64,000 nt of DNA. It comes from an uncultured delta proteobacterium. GTDB taxonomy: Bacteria; Myxococcota_A; Polyangia; Fen-1088. The first letter of the stretch is position 1. Each line of letters starts with the position of its first letter. Positions 9,861 to 19,779 of this stretch are shown here, piece after piece. The position numbers and the translations under genes are program-made. The stretch is from positions 32,001 through 96,000 of the forward strand of contig CAVTRY010000014.1 in the NCBI GenBank assembly GCA_963737265.1. The letters run 5' to 3'. The notes below the pieces were generated by a model, which saw only the letters and a list, made by a program, of their open reading frames with translations, had not been told where the DNA came from and did not search any database.

Positions 9861-10613
9861 CTACTCGCCGGATTCGAGGGCGTAGCGGATCTTGAAGCCG
9901 CGCACGCGTACCGGGACGGGCTTGCCGTCGCGCTCGCCGGGCGTGAACGTGCACGCCTTCATCGCGCGCTTGGCCGCATCGGTGAGGCCGAGTCCAAGGC
10001 CTTGGACAACGACGATGTCGCGGACGCGGCCGTCTTCGCCGACCACGAGGTCGAGCACGACCGTGCCTTCGAGCCCGGCCTGGCGGGCTTCGTCGGTGTA
10101 CTTGCCGGAACAGCGTCCCTTGGGCAGAGGCATCTTGGTGACCTCGTAGGCTTGGACAGGCTCACGCAAGGCTTTGCCGGCGGCCTCCGCGTCGCCCTTG
10201 CCGCCGGGCGCCGCGCGCAGGGTGTTGCCAACGCGCACGGCTGGTCCTGCGCCGGCGCTGGAGGTCGACTCCATCGAAATGCCGAAAACGGGTGTGTCGG
10301 TGCTGTCGGCGCTCGTGGCCGGGCGCTCGGTGGGAGGCGTGTCGCGCGCTATGTTATCCTGCCTCTTGGCGTCCGCGGGAGCTCGGCGTGTTGGTCGCGG
10401 GGCATCGTGGATCGGTTTCTTGCTTGCCTCTGCCTCAGCCGGCAACGGTTGCTCGGGCTCGGGCGCCGGGACCGGCGCGCGCAGCTCGACCCGCAACACC
10501 ACTGGCTGCGCCGCCTGCGCCTCGGGCGGCAAGTGTGCGCTGCCCCTGGCGAGCAGCAGGTGGCCGGCGACGGAAATCGCCGCGCAGGTTGCCATGCGGC
10601 CAGCGTACGTCAT
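9861..10613 (-). CDS. tonB: Energy transducer TonB
   Basis: N-terminal TM containing His (SVAGHLLL), Pro-rich linker, C-terminal YTDEARQAGLEGTVVL...FTPGERDGKPV. Confidence 0.9.
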   Translation of the reverse strand: MTYAGRMATCAAISVAGHLLLARGSAHLPPEAQAAQPVVLRVELRAPVPAPEPEQPLPAEAEASKKPIHDAPRPTRRAPADAKRQDNIARDTPPTERPATSADSTDTPVFGISMESTSSAGAGPAVRVGNTLRAAPGGKGDAEAAGKALREPVQAYEVTKMPLPKGRCSGKYTDEARQAGLEGTVVLDLVVGEDGRVRDIVVVQGLGLGLTDAAKRAMKACTFTPGERDGKPVPVRVRGFKIRYALESGE

Positions 10614-11038
10614 TCCATTTGCACCGGCGCGATGAGGGCCGTGGGATCGATTTGAATGGCGAACGACGTGACCCCGAGCGACTTGACCATGTCGAGCACC
10701 CACACCACGCGGCCGTGGGAAACATTCTTGTCACCGGCGACGATGACCTGGGTCTTGGCATCCTTGGCCATGGCGGCGGCGACCGCACTGTGCAGGTCGG
10801 CCGGCGAGGTTTCGCTACCGTTGAGGTACATGCGCCCCTCGCGGGTCAAGGTCACGGCCAGGGTCGTGGGCGTGATTGCGGTTGCCTGTGCGGCCTTGGG
10901 CAATTGCACCTCGATAGCCTGACGGGCCATGACGTGGGCGGTCAACATGAAGATAATGAGCAACACCATCATGATGTCGACCAGGGGCGTGACGTTGATG
11001 TCCGTGATCAAGCCACGCCGTCGCGTGCCTGCCGCCAT
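10610..11038 (-). CDS. exbD: Biopolymer transporter ExbD/TolR
   Basis: DINVTPLVDIMMVLLIIFML. ATG 11038 overlaps the exbB stop. Confidence 0.93.
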   Translation of the reverse strand: MAAGTRRRGLITDINVTPLVDIMMVLLIIFMLTAHVMARQAIEVQLPKAAQATAITPTTLAVTLTREGRMYLNGSETSPADLHSAVAAAMAKDAKTQVIVAGDKNVSHGRVVWVLDMVKSLGVTSFAIQIDPTALIAPVQME

Positions 11039-11718
11039 CAGGCTTTCTCCTTCTTGACGAAGGCCAGAATCTGGTGCCCCACGTTTTCGGCGGACGACAC
11101 CGCCGTCTCCACGTGGCGCATGAGCACGTTGTAGGTCGCCACCGCGGGCAGGGCGACCAACAGGCCGATGGCGGTGGCCACCAAGGCTTCGGCGATACCG
11201 GCCATGACGGCCTGGGTGCCAAGCCCGCCCTGAGCCCCGAGCCCGCTGCTGCTGGCCAAGTCGTGAAACGCGCGCACGATGCCGAGCACGGTGCCGAAGA
11301 GACCGATGAAGGGCGCATTGCTGCCGAGGGTTCCGAGAAATGCCAGGCCGCGCTCGTGCCGTATGCGCTCTTCCTCGATGGCGGCGGCGACATGTTCTTC
11401 GATGGACGCCGAACCGTCGGCGAGATGATCGAGGCAAACGCGCGCCACCGTGGCCTGCATCGAGCGCGTGTCGCCGAGCACCGCTTTTGCCGCCTCGGCG
11501 CCCGACTTGCGCAGGGCCGCCAGCATGTCGGCGATTTGCTGGCGCGGACGCCGTTCGCGCGCGAAGAACCACAGACGTTCCAGCACCACGGCCGCGGCTG
11601 CGATCGACAAGAAGATAAGCAGCCACAGGACCCAGCGCGATCCCGCGCGCAACATGAGATCAAGGGCTTGGGCATCGATGGAGAGGGGTTGGGAGGCGTG
11701 TTGGTTGTTCATGTTCAC
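11038..11718 (-). CDS. exbB: MotA/TolQ/ExbB proton channel
   Basis: LGTLGSNAPFIGLFGTVLGI, GIAEALVATAIGLLVALPA. Confidence 0.95.
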   Translation of the reverse strand: MNMNNQHASQPLSIDAQALDLMLRAGSRWVLWLLIFLSIAAAAVVLERLWFFARERRPRQQIADMLAALRKSGAEAAKAVLGDTRSMQATVARVCLDHLADGSASIEEHVAAAIEEERIRHERGLAFLGTLGSNAPFIGLFGTVLGIVRAFHDLASSSGLGAQGGLGTQAVMAGIAEALVATAIGLLVALPAVATYNVLMRHVETAVSSAENVGHQILAFVKKEKA

Positions 11719-11721
11719 TTC

Positions 11722-14334
11722 CTAAAAACGAGCGCGCAGACCCGCGGTGGGCAGGACGTAGCGAATGTAGACACCAGGCGTGATTTCCTCGGGCAGCAGG
11801 GCTGCGTTGGTGAGGTCGACGTAGAAATCGAGCAGCCAGCCGCGGTAAACCGCGCGCTTGTCCACCCGCAGATCCACGCGGTAGTAGCCGTTCGCTCTCC
11901 CCGTGTTGTAGCCGTAGGTTGTCGTCTCTGGTCTTCCACTTTGATATTGGAAGCGGAAACCGAGGTCCCAGTTACGCGGAAGTAACTGGCCGGCGACCAG
12001 GCTGACGAGCTGGGTGCGATCGAAATCGTAGGGCACCCACGAGCCACTCTTGACGCGCTCGGAGCGCGAGAGCGTGTAGGACAACCAGCCGTAAAGGCCC
12101 GACTTGGATTGTCGGCGGATGAACGTCTCGAGGCCGTAAGCGCGGCCCGTGGTGGGCGAGACCAAACGATTGAGAATCTGCTGTGCGGTGCTCAGAGTCG
12201 GAACGGTGGTGGTTGGCACGAGGGTGGTATTTCCCGGCGTGGTCAGATCCTGCGAATTGACCGTGAGATCGAAAATCGTTGGATCCATATAGGCGAAGTA
12301 GCCTTCCATGCTGATGCTGAAGCGGTTGGCTAGCGGCGCCTCGACGCCCAGGCTGGTCTGCACGGATTGCGAAAGTCCATACTTGAGCGGCATGAGATCG
12401 AACCCGGGCACGGGCAGCACGAAGCGCGGGGGTTGGTGGTAGATGCCCACGGCGGCCTTGAGCCAGATGGCGCTGTCGTCGCTGTCGGGGCGGACATCGG
12501 GCAAGTCGCGGGTGGCGAGCTTGTAGCGCAAGGTCAGCCGGGGATCGATGGAACGCTTGGTGGTGTCGAGATCGTTGTAGATGTCGGCGCGAACGCCCGG
12601 CCGGATGAGCCAGCGCGATGTCGGCCGCCACAAGGCTTCGAGGAGGGCGCCCCCCGAATAGAAGTCGCGTAGATCTTGCGTGAACGTGCTCAAACTGAAG
12701 GCAGGGGATGCCACGGTCGAGGGCGTTCCCTGGACGAAATGGCGGAGACTGCCTTCGAGCCCCCACACCAAGGTCAATTGCTCGAACGGGTGAAAGTGCC
12801 AGCGCATCGACGGCTCCATGAGCCAGGTCGCGACGTTGGAGCCCGAGCTATCGGTGGCGTCGTATCCCAAGACCAGGCGATAGAGGCCATCGAACGTACC
12901 GTTGCCGTGGTAGGCGCGCAGATCCGCGCGGTGAAAATCCATGATGAGCGCGGGGGCGAGCGGAGGATTCGCGGCTCCTGGTGGGGCGTTGGGCGCAGGC
13001 GTGTCGAGCTCGTCCTTCGAGCCGAAGAAGAACACCGTCCAGCCGTTGCGAGGATTGCCGCCATCGAGGCGAAACTGGTAGTCCCAATAGGAAAGCGAGA
13101 GCTGATTGGTGGCCAGGCTCAGAATCAAACCTGGAAATCCGACGCGCGCGGAAGCTGTCGCGGTCACGCCGAGCGATGGAATGGGCTCGCGGATGAGCCC
13201 GCCGAGTTGAAAGAGGTTGGCGTCGAGGTCGATGAGGTGCTCGTCGCTGCGCGCGCGGTGCGTGCGTCCGTCGATGACGCCACCGGTGTAGCCGCCGTAC
13301 TCCACCGGCGCGCCGCCCGGATAGAACTGCACCTCGTCGATCATTTCTGGGTGCACGACGCTGTTGCCCACGAGCAAATGGTACAAATACGGGATGTGCG
13401 AACCGTCGAGCAGGAAGCCGGTCGAGCTGGGACTGGCACCGCGGACCACGGGAAACGGCAACAGCGACATCAGCGAGGCCGTGCCTGGCAGAGTCTGAAT
13501 CACGCGAAATGGATCGCCGAAGGTTCCCGGCACTTGTTTGATTTCGGGGCCGCGCAGGGTGATGCGCGAAACCTCTTCGCGGCGCTGCTCGCCGACCACG
13601 ACGATTTCGTAGGGATCGTAGCGATCGCGTTCGAGGTAGTAGGTGACGGCCAGCTCCTGGCGCGCTTCGATCGTTTCTTGCTGAAGAAAGGCGTTGTAAT
13701 TGGGGGCGTGGACCGTGACACGCGCGCTCCCGGCCGGCAAGGGCAGGCGGAAGCGGCCTTTGCCGTCGGCGTCTGCGGAGTAGTGGCGGTCTGCCATCAA
13801 CGCGACCACGGTGGCTCCGGTCACGGGCAGGCGCGTGCCCATTTCCACCAGCCGGCCGCGCAAGGCCGACACGATGGGCGGACCGTGGTCGGCAGCCGGC
13901 GGTGGCGGCGGTGGCGGCGGCTCGAAGGTGTGCGTGAAGGCGATCTCGACCGGCACTGGCTTGCCGCCGAAACGCGCGGGCTTGAATTGAAAGGCCGTGG
14001 CTGCGGCGACCACGGCGTCGTCGAACACGGGCAGGGAATGGCTGAGCAAGTCGACCTTGTGGACCGCGCCGTCGATCCCCACGGCGATCTTGATGCGAAC
14101 CACGACGGGCTGCTCCTGCGGCGGAGCATTCTTGGGATAGGCCACGGTTGCTGGTTTCAGCGGCTGGGGCGGCTCCAATTCCGCCAGCGCATCCGGGGCG
14201 GGAGCGGCTTCGGCGTCCGGCCCACGCTCGGGTTCGGCGTCCATGGGCGCGCCCGCGTCCACGGATTGGGCGCGCACCCTTGCGACCGTCAGCACGGCCA
14301 AGAGCGCCGTCGTGGCGGACAGGACGGTCTTCAT
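11722..14334 (-). CDS. TonB-dependent receptor with N-terminal TonB-C and carboxypeptidase-regulatory-like domains
   Basis: Signal peptide MKTVLSATTALLAV; FKPARFGGKPV; plug PGTFGDPFRVIQTLPG and YPGGAPVEYG; GRAYGLE; C-terminal GLRARF. Confidence 0.92.
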   Translation of the reverse strand: MKTVLSATTALLAVLTVARVRAQSVDAGAPMDAEPERGPDAEAAPAPDALAELEPPQPLKPATVAYPKNAPPQEQPVVVRIKIAVGIDGAVHKVDLLSHSLPVFDDAVVAAATAFQFKPARFGGKPVPVEIAFTHTFEPPPPPPPPAADHGPPIVSALRGRLVEMGTRLPVTGATVVALMADRHYSADADGKGRFRLPLPAGSARVTVHAPNYNAFLQQETIEARQELAVTYYLERDRYDPYEIVVVGEQRREEVSRITLRGPEIKQVPGTFGDPFRVIQTLPGTASLMSLLPFPVVRGASPSSTGFLLDGSHIPYLYHLLVGNSVVHPEMIDEVQFYPGGAPVEYGGYTGGVIDGRTHRARSDEHLIDLDANLFQLGGLIREPIPSLGVTATASARVGFPGLILSLATNQLSLSYWDYQFRLDGGNPRNGWTVFFFGSKDELDTPAPNAPPGAANPPLAPALIMDFHRADLRAYHGNGTFDGLYRLVLGYDATDSSGSNVATWLMEPSMRWHFHPFEQLTLVWGLEGSLRHFVQGTPSTVASPAFSLSTFTQDLRDFYSGGALLEALWRPTSRWLIRPGVRADIYNDLDTTKRSIDPRLTLRYKLATRDLPDVRPDSDDSAIWLKAAVGIYHQPPRFVLPVPGFDLMPLKYGLSQSVQTSLGVEAPLANRFSISMEGYFAYMDPTIFDLTVNSQDLTTPGNTTLVPTTTVPTLSTAQQILNRLVSPTTGRAYGLETFIRRQSKSGLYGWLSYTLSRSERVKSGSWVPYDFDRTQLVSLVAGQLLPRNWDLGFRFQYQSGRPETTTYGYNTGRANGYYRVDLRVDKRAVYRGWLLDFYVDLTNAALLPEEITPGVYIRYVLPTAGLRARF

Positions 14335-15107
14335 CGCCACGTGATCACCCAAGCCAAGGAAGCGCCCACATGCGGCCACCATTGCCGGCGCACGATGGGC
14401 GAGGCGGTATCGGGGTCGACTTGGCCGGTATCGTCCACGCACCCTGTCCATTGTCCGTCGGTTTCGAGCGCCAGCGCCATCGACGCTCGTGGACCCAGAA
14501 TCCAGGACCACTCGCCGCGCAGAAGGCCCGTCACGCCGCCGCCGCTGCAACTAGGCAAGGGCGTGTGCGCGTTGGGAAAGGTGTACGACGAATTGAGCGT
14601 GCTGCCGAGCGGGCTCGGATCGGGCTTGTTCGATCCGTTCTCGAGGAGGCCGCCAAAACCGAGACCAACCGAAAGGCTAAGATGGTCGGTGGCGTGCCAG
14701 GTGGGTTCGATGGTGCCGGCGAAGCGCAGTCCGCGCATGACGTTGGACGAGGTCGCGTAGAGATATTGCAACGAGCCCATGAGCGACCACTGCTCGTCGA
14801 GGCGCAATCCCATGCGCACGGTGGGGCCGATCAAGGTGCCGTCGGGCGGTCCGCCGATGCCGAAGAAACGGCCGTAGACCAAGCCCAGGCCGAAGCGAAA
14901 CCCTGGCTTGCGCCACAAGGCGCGGTCGCTTTCGGTGGGAAGGGAAAAACGTGGGGGTGGATCCTCGTCGAGGATGATGGGCGGCGCTGCCATCAAGTCC
15001 GGCACCGCGGTTGCCTTGTCGGAGGTGTCGGAAGCCGCGCTCGCTGTTGCGACGGGTACCAACGCAAGCGCCATGGCTCCAATCAGCAAACAATGAATTG
15101 GCTTCAT
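14331..15107 (-). CDS. Putative small outer-membrane beta-barrel protein
   Basis: Signal peptide MKPIHCLLIGAMALALV, alternating strands (GFRFGLGLVYG), ends LAWVITWR. Coupled to both neighbours. Confidence 0.7.
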   Translation of the reverse strand: MKPIHCLLIGAMALALVPVATASAASDTSDKATAVPDLMAAPPIILDEDPPPRFSLPTESDRALWRKPGFRFGLGLVYGRFFGIGGPPDGTLIGPTVRMGLRLDEQWSLMGSLQYLYATSSNVMRGLRFAGTIEPTWHATDHLSLSVGLGFGGLLENGSNKPDPSPLGSTLNSSYTFPNAHTPLPSCSGGGVTGLLRGEWSWILGPRASMALALETDGQWTGCVDDTGQVDPDTASPIVRRQWWPHVGASLAWVITWR

Positions 15108-16240
15108 TATTGGCACGGCCACCAGGCGGGCGGGCTTGCGGTGATGTCCCAATTGGGAGCCGCACACGCAGGATCGTTGTTGCAGCCGCGAAGCGTGTAA
15201 TGGGTCAGGTATTGACAGTCTTCGGTGGGCGCACTGGCGATCACGAGTTGCTGTCCGGGGGGCACGCCGCCGTCGTCGGTGGACAGATGCGGGAAACCGG
15301 TACAAGCCGCGACATGGGCGGAGCCGGCGGGGTTCGGCTGTCCTGCGATATAGAAATCAAGGGCCTTGGCCGGCGCTTCGACATAGAAGGAAGTGCCGCC
15401 GCCGCTATCGTTGGCCACGCAAGACAGCGCCTGAAGCTCGGTCGAGGGCGCTTGTAGCGTGAGAACGACAGTTTGATCCAAGCCGGCCGTGGCGCAGGTT
15501 GAAGGGTCGGCTTCCTCGGGAATGCCGCCATCGAACGCCACCGCCAAGGCACTCTGGGGCGAGAATCCGCCTGCCGACAGCAGGGAAAACTCTACCGGTG
15601 GGTCCGGGCAACCGCTGCGCGGATAGAACGCAACGGTGGAATTGAACGTACCCTCGAGGAACGCGACCCTTTGGTCGGGCAGGGTCATGGAAATGAAGCT
15701 GGCCCCCCAAACGACATCGGGTGGTCCGGCTGCCCCGCCGTCGTCTTGTGGAGGAGGCCCGCCCCGCCGCCGGTTGTGGGGCGGATGGCGTAAGTCGAAG
15801 GTTCCGTTGCTATTGCTGTCGTCGTACACGACGAGGCTGCCGTAGGCCACGCGCGAGGTAATGTCCCCCACCATGACATCCGCGCCGGGTAGATCGACGA
15901 GCGTGAGGGACGCCAGCGAGCCAGGCTGAATCGGCACGTCCGCGGCGTCGCGGGCGGGTACGAAGCGGAAGTTGTCGGGGCAGCCTGCGGTGGCGACCGC
16001 AGCCGCGGCCGGTGATGCCGGCGATTCTGCCTCGACGACGCAGAACGGTTCGGGCTGCCACTGCATGCCCCAAACCAGGGCAATTCGCGGCGAAGCCATC
16101 TGAGAGAAATCGCCATTCACCTGAACCTTGACGCTGACGAGCGGGGTGACCGCACCGCCTAGTCCCACCAGCTTGTGGCAGCCAATCAGGGAAATTCCCA
16201 GCACGGCCACGAAGCGAAAACGCGCCTTCAGTGTTGCCAC
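15107..16240 (-). CDS. Cys-containing lipoprotein of the TonB operon
   Basis: GTG 16240: MATLKARFRFVAVLGISLIGC (lipobox); YDDSNSNGTFDL; ends WWPCQ. Confidence 0.75.
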   Translation of the reverse strand: MATLKARFRFVAVLGISLIGCHKLVGLGGAVTPLVSVKVQVNGDFSQMASPRIALVWGMQWQPEPFCVVEAESPASPAAAAVATAGCPDNFRFVPARDAADVPIQPGSLASLTLVDLPGADVMVGDITSRVAYGSLVVYDDSNSNGTFDLRHPPHNRRRGGPPPQDDGGAAGPPDVVWGASFISMTLPDQRVAFLEGTFNSTVAFYPRSGCPDPPVEFSLLSAGGFSPQSALAVAFDGGIPEEADPSTCATAGLDQTVVLTLQAPSTELQALSCVANDSGGGTSFYVEAPAKALDFYIAGQPNPAGSAHVAACTGFPHLSTDDGGVPPGQQLVIASAPTEDCQYLTHYTLRGCNNDPACAAPNWDITASPPAWWPCQ

Positions 16241-16867
16241 GTGACCCCCAATGCGCTGGTCCAGCCCCAACGCGCGCCGCTGTTGACGATGTGGATCGTG
16301 GGACCGCCGCTTATGCTCATGCCCCAAGATTCCCACACGCGAAGAAACACGACACCCTCGGCATCGGCGGCGGGCAACATCGACCAGGTCGTTGTGTTCG
16401 AGCGCGCTGCCCGAAAGGCCTGCTCGGTTGCCCTGGGCGCGCGTTCGATCCTCGTAGACCAGCGTTCCACCCGCGCTCAAGCGCAGGGCAAAGACCCCGC
16501 GCCCGATGGGACGCTGGACAAGACCACACAGGCGCAGGCGAATGTCGTCATTGCGCACGGCCTCAATCAGCGTGTATTCGGTGGCGGTGGACCAGGACGC
16601 GCTCGCGCCGTAGGCAAACGTGCCGCTCTCGGTGGCGAGCCGGCTGTAGTTTGCGCCGACGCCGGTAGATAGCCCGGTGGCAAGCGCGGCCGGCAACGCC
16701 AGCACCAGATGTGCATCGAGCGCGCCCTTGGCAGGCGAAGATGCGCCGGAGAGAGCTTGCGCGCCCAAGCGCGCCGGATAGGCCAGGAAAAGAACCGCCG
16801 CGAACGCGAGTGACCAGAGACATCGTCGCGGCGGAATGTCTGTGTCTGGTCGAGGTGCTGGCCACAT
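16228..16867 (-). CDS. Putative outer-membrane beta-barrel protein (frameshift near 16397)
   Basis: N-part MWPAPR...SALE lies in ORF 15107..17137 and C-part TTTWSMLP...GVTWQH in ORF 16228..16470. Removing one base from CTCGAAC joins them. Confidence 0.65.
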
Positions 16868-17151
16868 GAAGGTAGTAACCCTAGCATTGCATTTCCAGGC
16901 GCGGCCATGGCCGATTTCTCCCCGTAATCCCGCGATAGGCGCAGAAGGCCGTGGCCGGAGTGATCTTCGCCGGCCACTGCCAGGGCCACGACCACGACCG
17001 CGACGGCGACGACGTTTACGACCACCATTCATCGCTCCAACTGGGTGGCGCGCTTTATGGCCTGTGCGCCTGCCTTGCCCAACCGGTTTGCGTCGCGTAG
17101 TCTGCAACGGGTTCGTTGAACAATCCCCCCGATCCACGCAGAGGTAGCCCG

Positions 17152-17628
17152 ATGAACAAGCTCGAGTTTAGCAACGTCCTGGCAACGATTCCCTATGGCG
17201 TCTCCGTTGTGACCACGGGCCGGGGTGGGGTCGAGAACGGGCTGACCGTGTCGTGGATGAGTCAAGTCTCGTTCGATCCGCCGATGATCATGGTTGCGCT
17301 GGACAAGCTGCACTACAGTCTGGACCTGCTCCGCAGCACCAAGAACTTTTGCGTGAACCTGCTCGGCGAGGGACAGCAGGCGCTCGCCGGCCGCTTCGCC
17401 AAGCAGGCAATCGTCGGCGAAGACAAGCTGTCCCAGGTGGCGCAGCGGCCCGCCAACAGCGGCGCCGCCATTCTCACCGATTCCGTCGCCTACTTCGACT
17501 GCGAGATCAGCGATATCGTGGAAACCGGGGATCATCTGCTGGTGATCGGCCGAATCGAGGATGCCGCGGTGCTGACCGGCGGCGCTCCTTTGCGATCTGA
17601 GTCCGGCCTTCGCTACCGGAAGGCGTAG
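17152..17628 (+). CDS. Flavin reductase-like FMN-binding protein
   Basis: YGVSVVTT, GLTVSWMSQVSFDPP, FCVNLL, GDHLLVIG. Confidence 0.92.
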   Translation: MNKLEFSNVLATIPYGVSVVTTGRGGVENGLTVSWMSQVSFDPPMIMVALDKLHYSLDLLRSTKNFCVNLLGEGQQALAGRFAKQAIVGEDKLSQVAQRPANSGAAILTDSVAYFDCEISDIVETGDHLLVIGRIEDAAVLTGGAPLRSESGLRYRKA

Positions 17629-17707
17629 GACGCAACCCTACGGAACGACAGCTCGTTTGGCGTTGTGCCGGCAGGGCTATCCGACCGCCCTATCCGATCG
17701 CCCTATC

Positions 17708-17878
17708 CTATCGCTCCGCGCGCATCGCTCTCGTTGTCCGGTGGGCAATCAGGACCTTTCCGCAGTAGTGAAAGCCGGCCTTGTCCTCGAATCCGTGGCG
17801 GGCGCTGCGGGCGGCCTTCATCAGAGTCAGCGCGCTGAACAGTGCCAGGAAGCCCATGAGGGACAGAAACAGAATCAT
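17708..17878 (-). CDS. 56-aa single-TM microprotein
   Basis: MILFLSLMGFLALFSALTLMKAARSARHGFEDKAGFHYCGKVLIAHRTTRAMRAER*, with AGAAGGGG just upstream. Too short for the ORF track. Confidence 0.6.
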   Translation of the reverse strand: MILFLSLMGFLALFSALTLMKAARSARHGFEDKAGFHYCGKVLIAHRTTRAMRAER

Positions 17879-17945
17879 GCCCCTTCTATCGGCGCAAGCG
17901 CCTTCGGCCTTAACCCCGCTGCACGACGCTTAATGCCACTCTCGG

Positions 17946-19655
17946 CTATAGATTCTTGTACAGCGGGCCGCCGCCACCCTCGGGCGGCACCCAGTTGATG
18001 GCGCCGTAGGGATCCTTGATGTCGCAGGTCTTGCAGTGCACGCAGTTGGAAAAGTCGATGCGCAGCTTGTGAAACTTGCCGCTGGCCTCGTCGCGTTCAA
18101 CCACGTAGACATTGGCCGGGCAGAATTTTTCGCACGGGTTGCCATATTCTTCCGCGCAGCGAACGCAGTGGGTGGTGTCGACGTGCAAGTGGCAGGGCTG
18201 CTTTTCCTCGTGGCGCGTGCCCGAATGATAGACGTCGGTCAGCTTGTCGAAGGCCGAGCCCTGGTTGTCGTACTTGAACGTATCCTTGGGTGCGCCCTGC
18301 GGGTAGGCCTCGGACAGCTTCTTCGTGTCCGTGTGGTCTTCCTCGAGGACCATCTTGTCGAGCGGGTAGCGGCCGCCCGTAATCGTCATCAGCGCCGCGT
18401 GTACAGTCCCGCCGTAAAGGCCGGCCTTCATGAGCTGACGGAAATTGCGCGCGGGATACATATCCTTGACGATGTACGAATTGGCGACCGCACTTTCGTA
18501 CTTGGCTAGCTGGGCGGGTGAAAAGTCGTCCTGGGCCAGCGCCTCGAACAGCGTTTCCGCGGCCAGCATCCCCGACTTGATGGCGTAGTGAACGCCTTTG
18601 AGCTTGGGCATGGCCACCATGCCGGCGCTGTCGCCACAGATGAGCGCACCGTCCATCGCGACTTTGGGAATGGAGTAGTAGCCGCCCTCGGGGATGGTCT
18701 TGGCGCCGTAGGAAACCAGCTTGCCGCCCGCGAGAATCTTGCGCACGAACGGGTGCCGCTTGAATTCGCAAAACTGCCGGTGCGGGTCGATGAGCGGATC
18801 GTGGTAGTCGAGCCCGGTGATTACGCCGATGCTGATCTGATTGCCCGACATGGCGTAGATGAAGCTGCCGCCAAAGGTGTGCCTGTCCATCGGGTAGCCC
18901 ATGGTGTGGATGATGTGGCCGGCGGGCAGGGGCGCCTGGTCGAATTCCCAGACTTCCTTCACGCCGGTGGCGTACGCCTGCGGATTTCGCCCCTCATCAA
19001 GGCCAAGCTTCTTCACCAACTGCTTGGTGCACGAACCGCGTGTGCCCTCGCAAAATACGGTGGCCTTCGCCAGCAGATTGGGACCGGCCTCAAAGATGCC
19101 CTTGGGCGTGCCGTCGGCGTTCACGCCCTTGTCGCCGAGCTGGACGCCGATCACGCGCTCGCCTCGGTACAGAACCTCACTCGCCGCGAAGGTGGTGAGC
19201 GCGTCGACGCCCGCTGCCGACAACTGCTCGCCCATCCACTTCACCAGCTTGCCCAGCGAAACGATAAGGTTGCCGTGGTTGTTCATCTGCGGCGGAACCA
19301 TGGGGAATTTGAACGACCGCTTGCGGGTGAGGAAATACACGCCCTCGCTCTTGACCTCGCCCTCGATGGGCGCCCCCTTTTCTTGGTAGTCGGGTATCAG
19401 CTCGGCCAGAGCCTTCGGCTCCATGACCGCACCCGACAGGGTGTGATCGCCAAGGTTCGCCGCTTTTTCGATGACCGCCACCACCATGTCCACGCCGAGC
19501 GTTTCCTCGTTGATGAGCCTGCCCGGCCGTTCGCCTTTGGCCACGGCGGCGTTGTGCTTGGCGATGAGGTTGGTCAGGTGCAGGGCGCCGGAAAGGCCCG
19601 CCGGCCCGCCGCCGACGAAGACCACGCCCGCTTTCATGGTGTCTCGCTCAGTCAT
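17946..19655 (-). CDS. Electron transfer flavoprotein-ubiquinone oxidoreductase (ETF-QO)
   Basis: FAD motif VGGGPAGL, YGAKTIPEGG, KLKGVHYAIKSG, ferredoxin end FCPANVY...NCVHCKTCDIKDP...PEGGGGP. Confidence 0.95.
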   Translation of the reverse strand: MTERDTMKAGVVFVGGGPAGLSGALHLTNLIAKHNAAVAKGERPGRLINEETLGVDMVVAVIEKAANLGDHTLSGAVMEPKALAELIPDYQEKGAPIEGEVKSEGVYFLTRKRSFKFPMVPPQMNNHGNLIVSLGKLVKWMGEQLSAAGVDALTTFAASEVLYRGERVIGVQLGDKGVNADGTPKGIFEAGPNLLAKATVFCEGTRGSCTKQLVKKLGLDEGRNPQAYATGVKEVWEFDQAPLPAGHIIHTMGYPMDRHTFGGSFIYAMSGNQISIGVITGLDYHDPLIDPHRQFCEFKRHPFVRKILAGGKLVSYGAKTIPEGGYYSIPKVAMDGALICGDSAGMVAMPKLKGVHYAIKSGMLAAETLFEALAQDDFSPAQLAKYESAVANSYIVKDMYPARNFRQLMKAGLYGGTVHAALMTITGGRYPLDKMVLEEDHTDTKKLSEAYPQGAPKDTFKYDNQGSAFDKLTDVYHSGTRHEEKQPCHLHVDTTHCVRCAEEYGNPCEKFCPANVYVVERDEASGKFHKLRIDFSNCVHCKTCDIKDPYGAINWVPPEGGGGPLYKNL

Positions 19656-19779
19656 GGCCTTCTACTTATCCTTGTTCGCGAAACTCCGCACGCCGCATCT
19701 CGCCGCGGATCCGCAGATCGGGAGCTCTCAAGATCGGGCCAATCTGAGTCGATTCTCGATCGTTGTGCGCAGATCTGGG

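Noticed and set aside
12676-14760. Long antisense ORFs (also 45604..47442 and the upstream part of 6200..8329)
   Set aside because: Shadow frames of high-GC genes with no recognisable motifs.
15107-17137. Single 676-aa protein in the ORF track
   Set aside because: Artefactual fusion caused by a frameshift; an internal lipobox start and an alternative-frame C-terminus show two genes.
16870-17140. Cobalamin or other riboswitch upstream of the TonB operon
   Set aside because: GCCACTG lies on the wrong strand and no other B12-box elements were found; only a hairpin and ACGACC-type hexamers are present.
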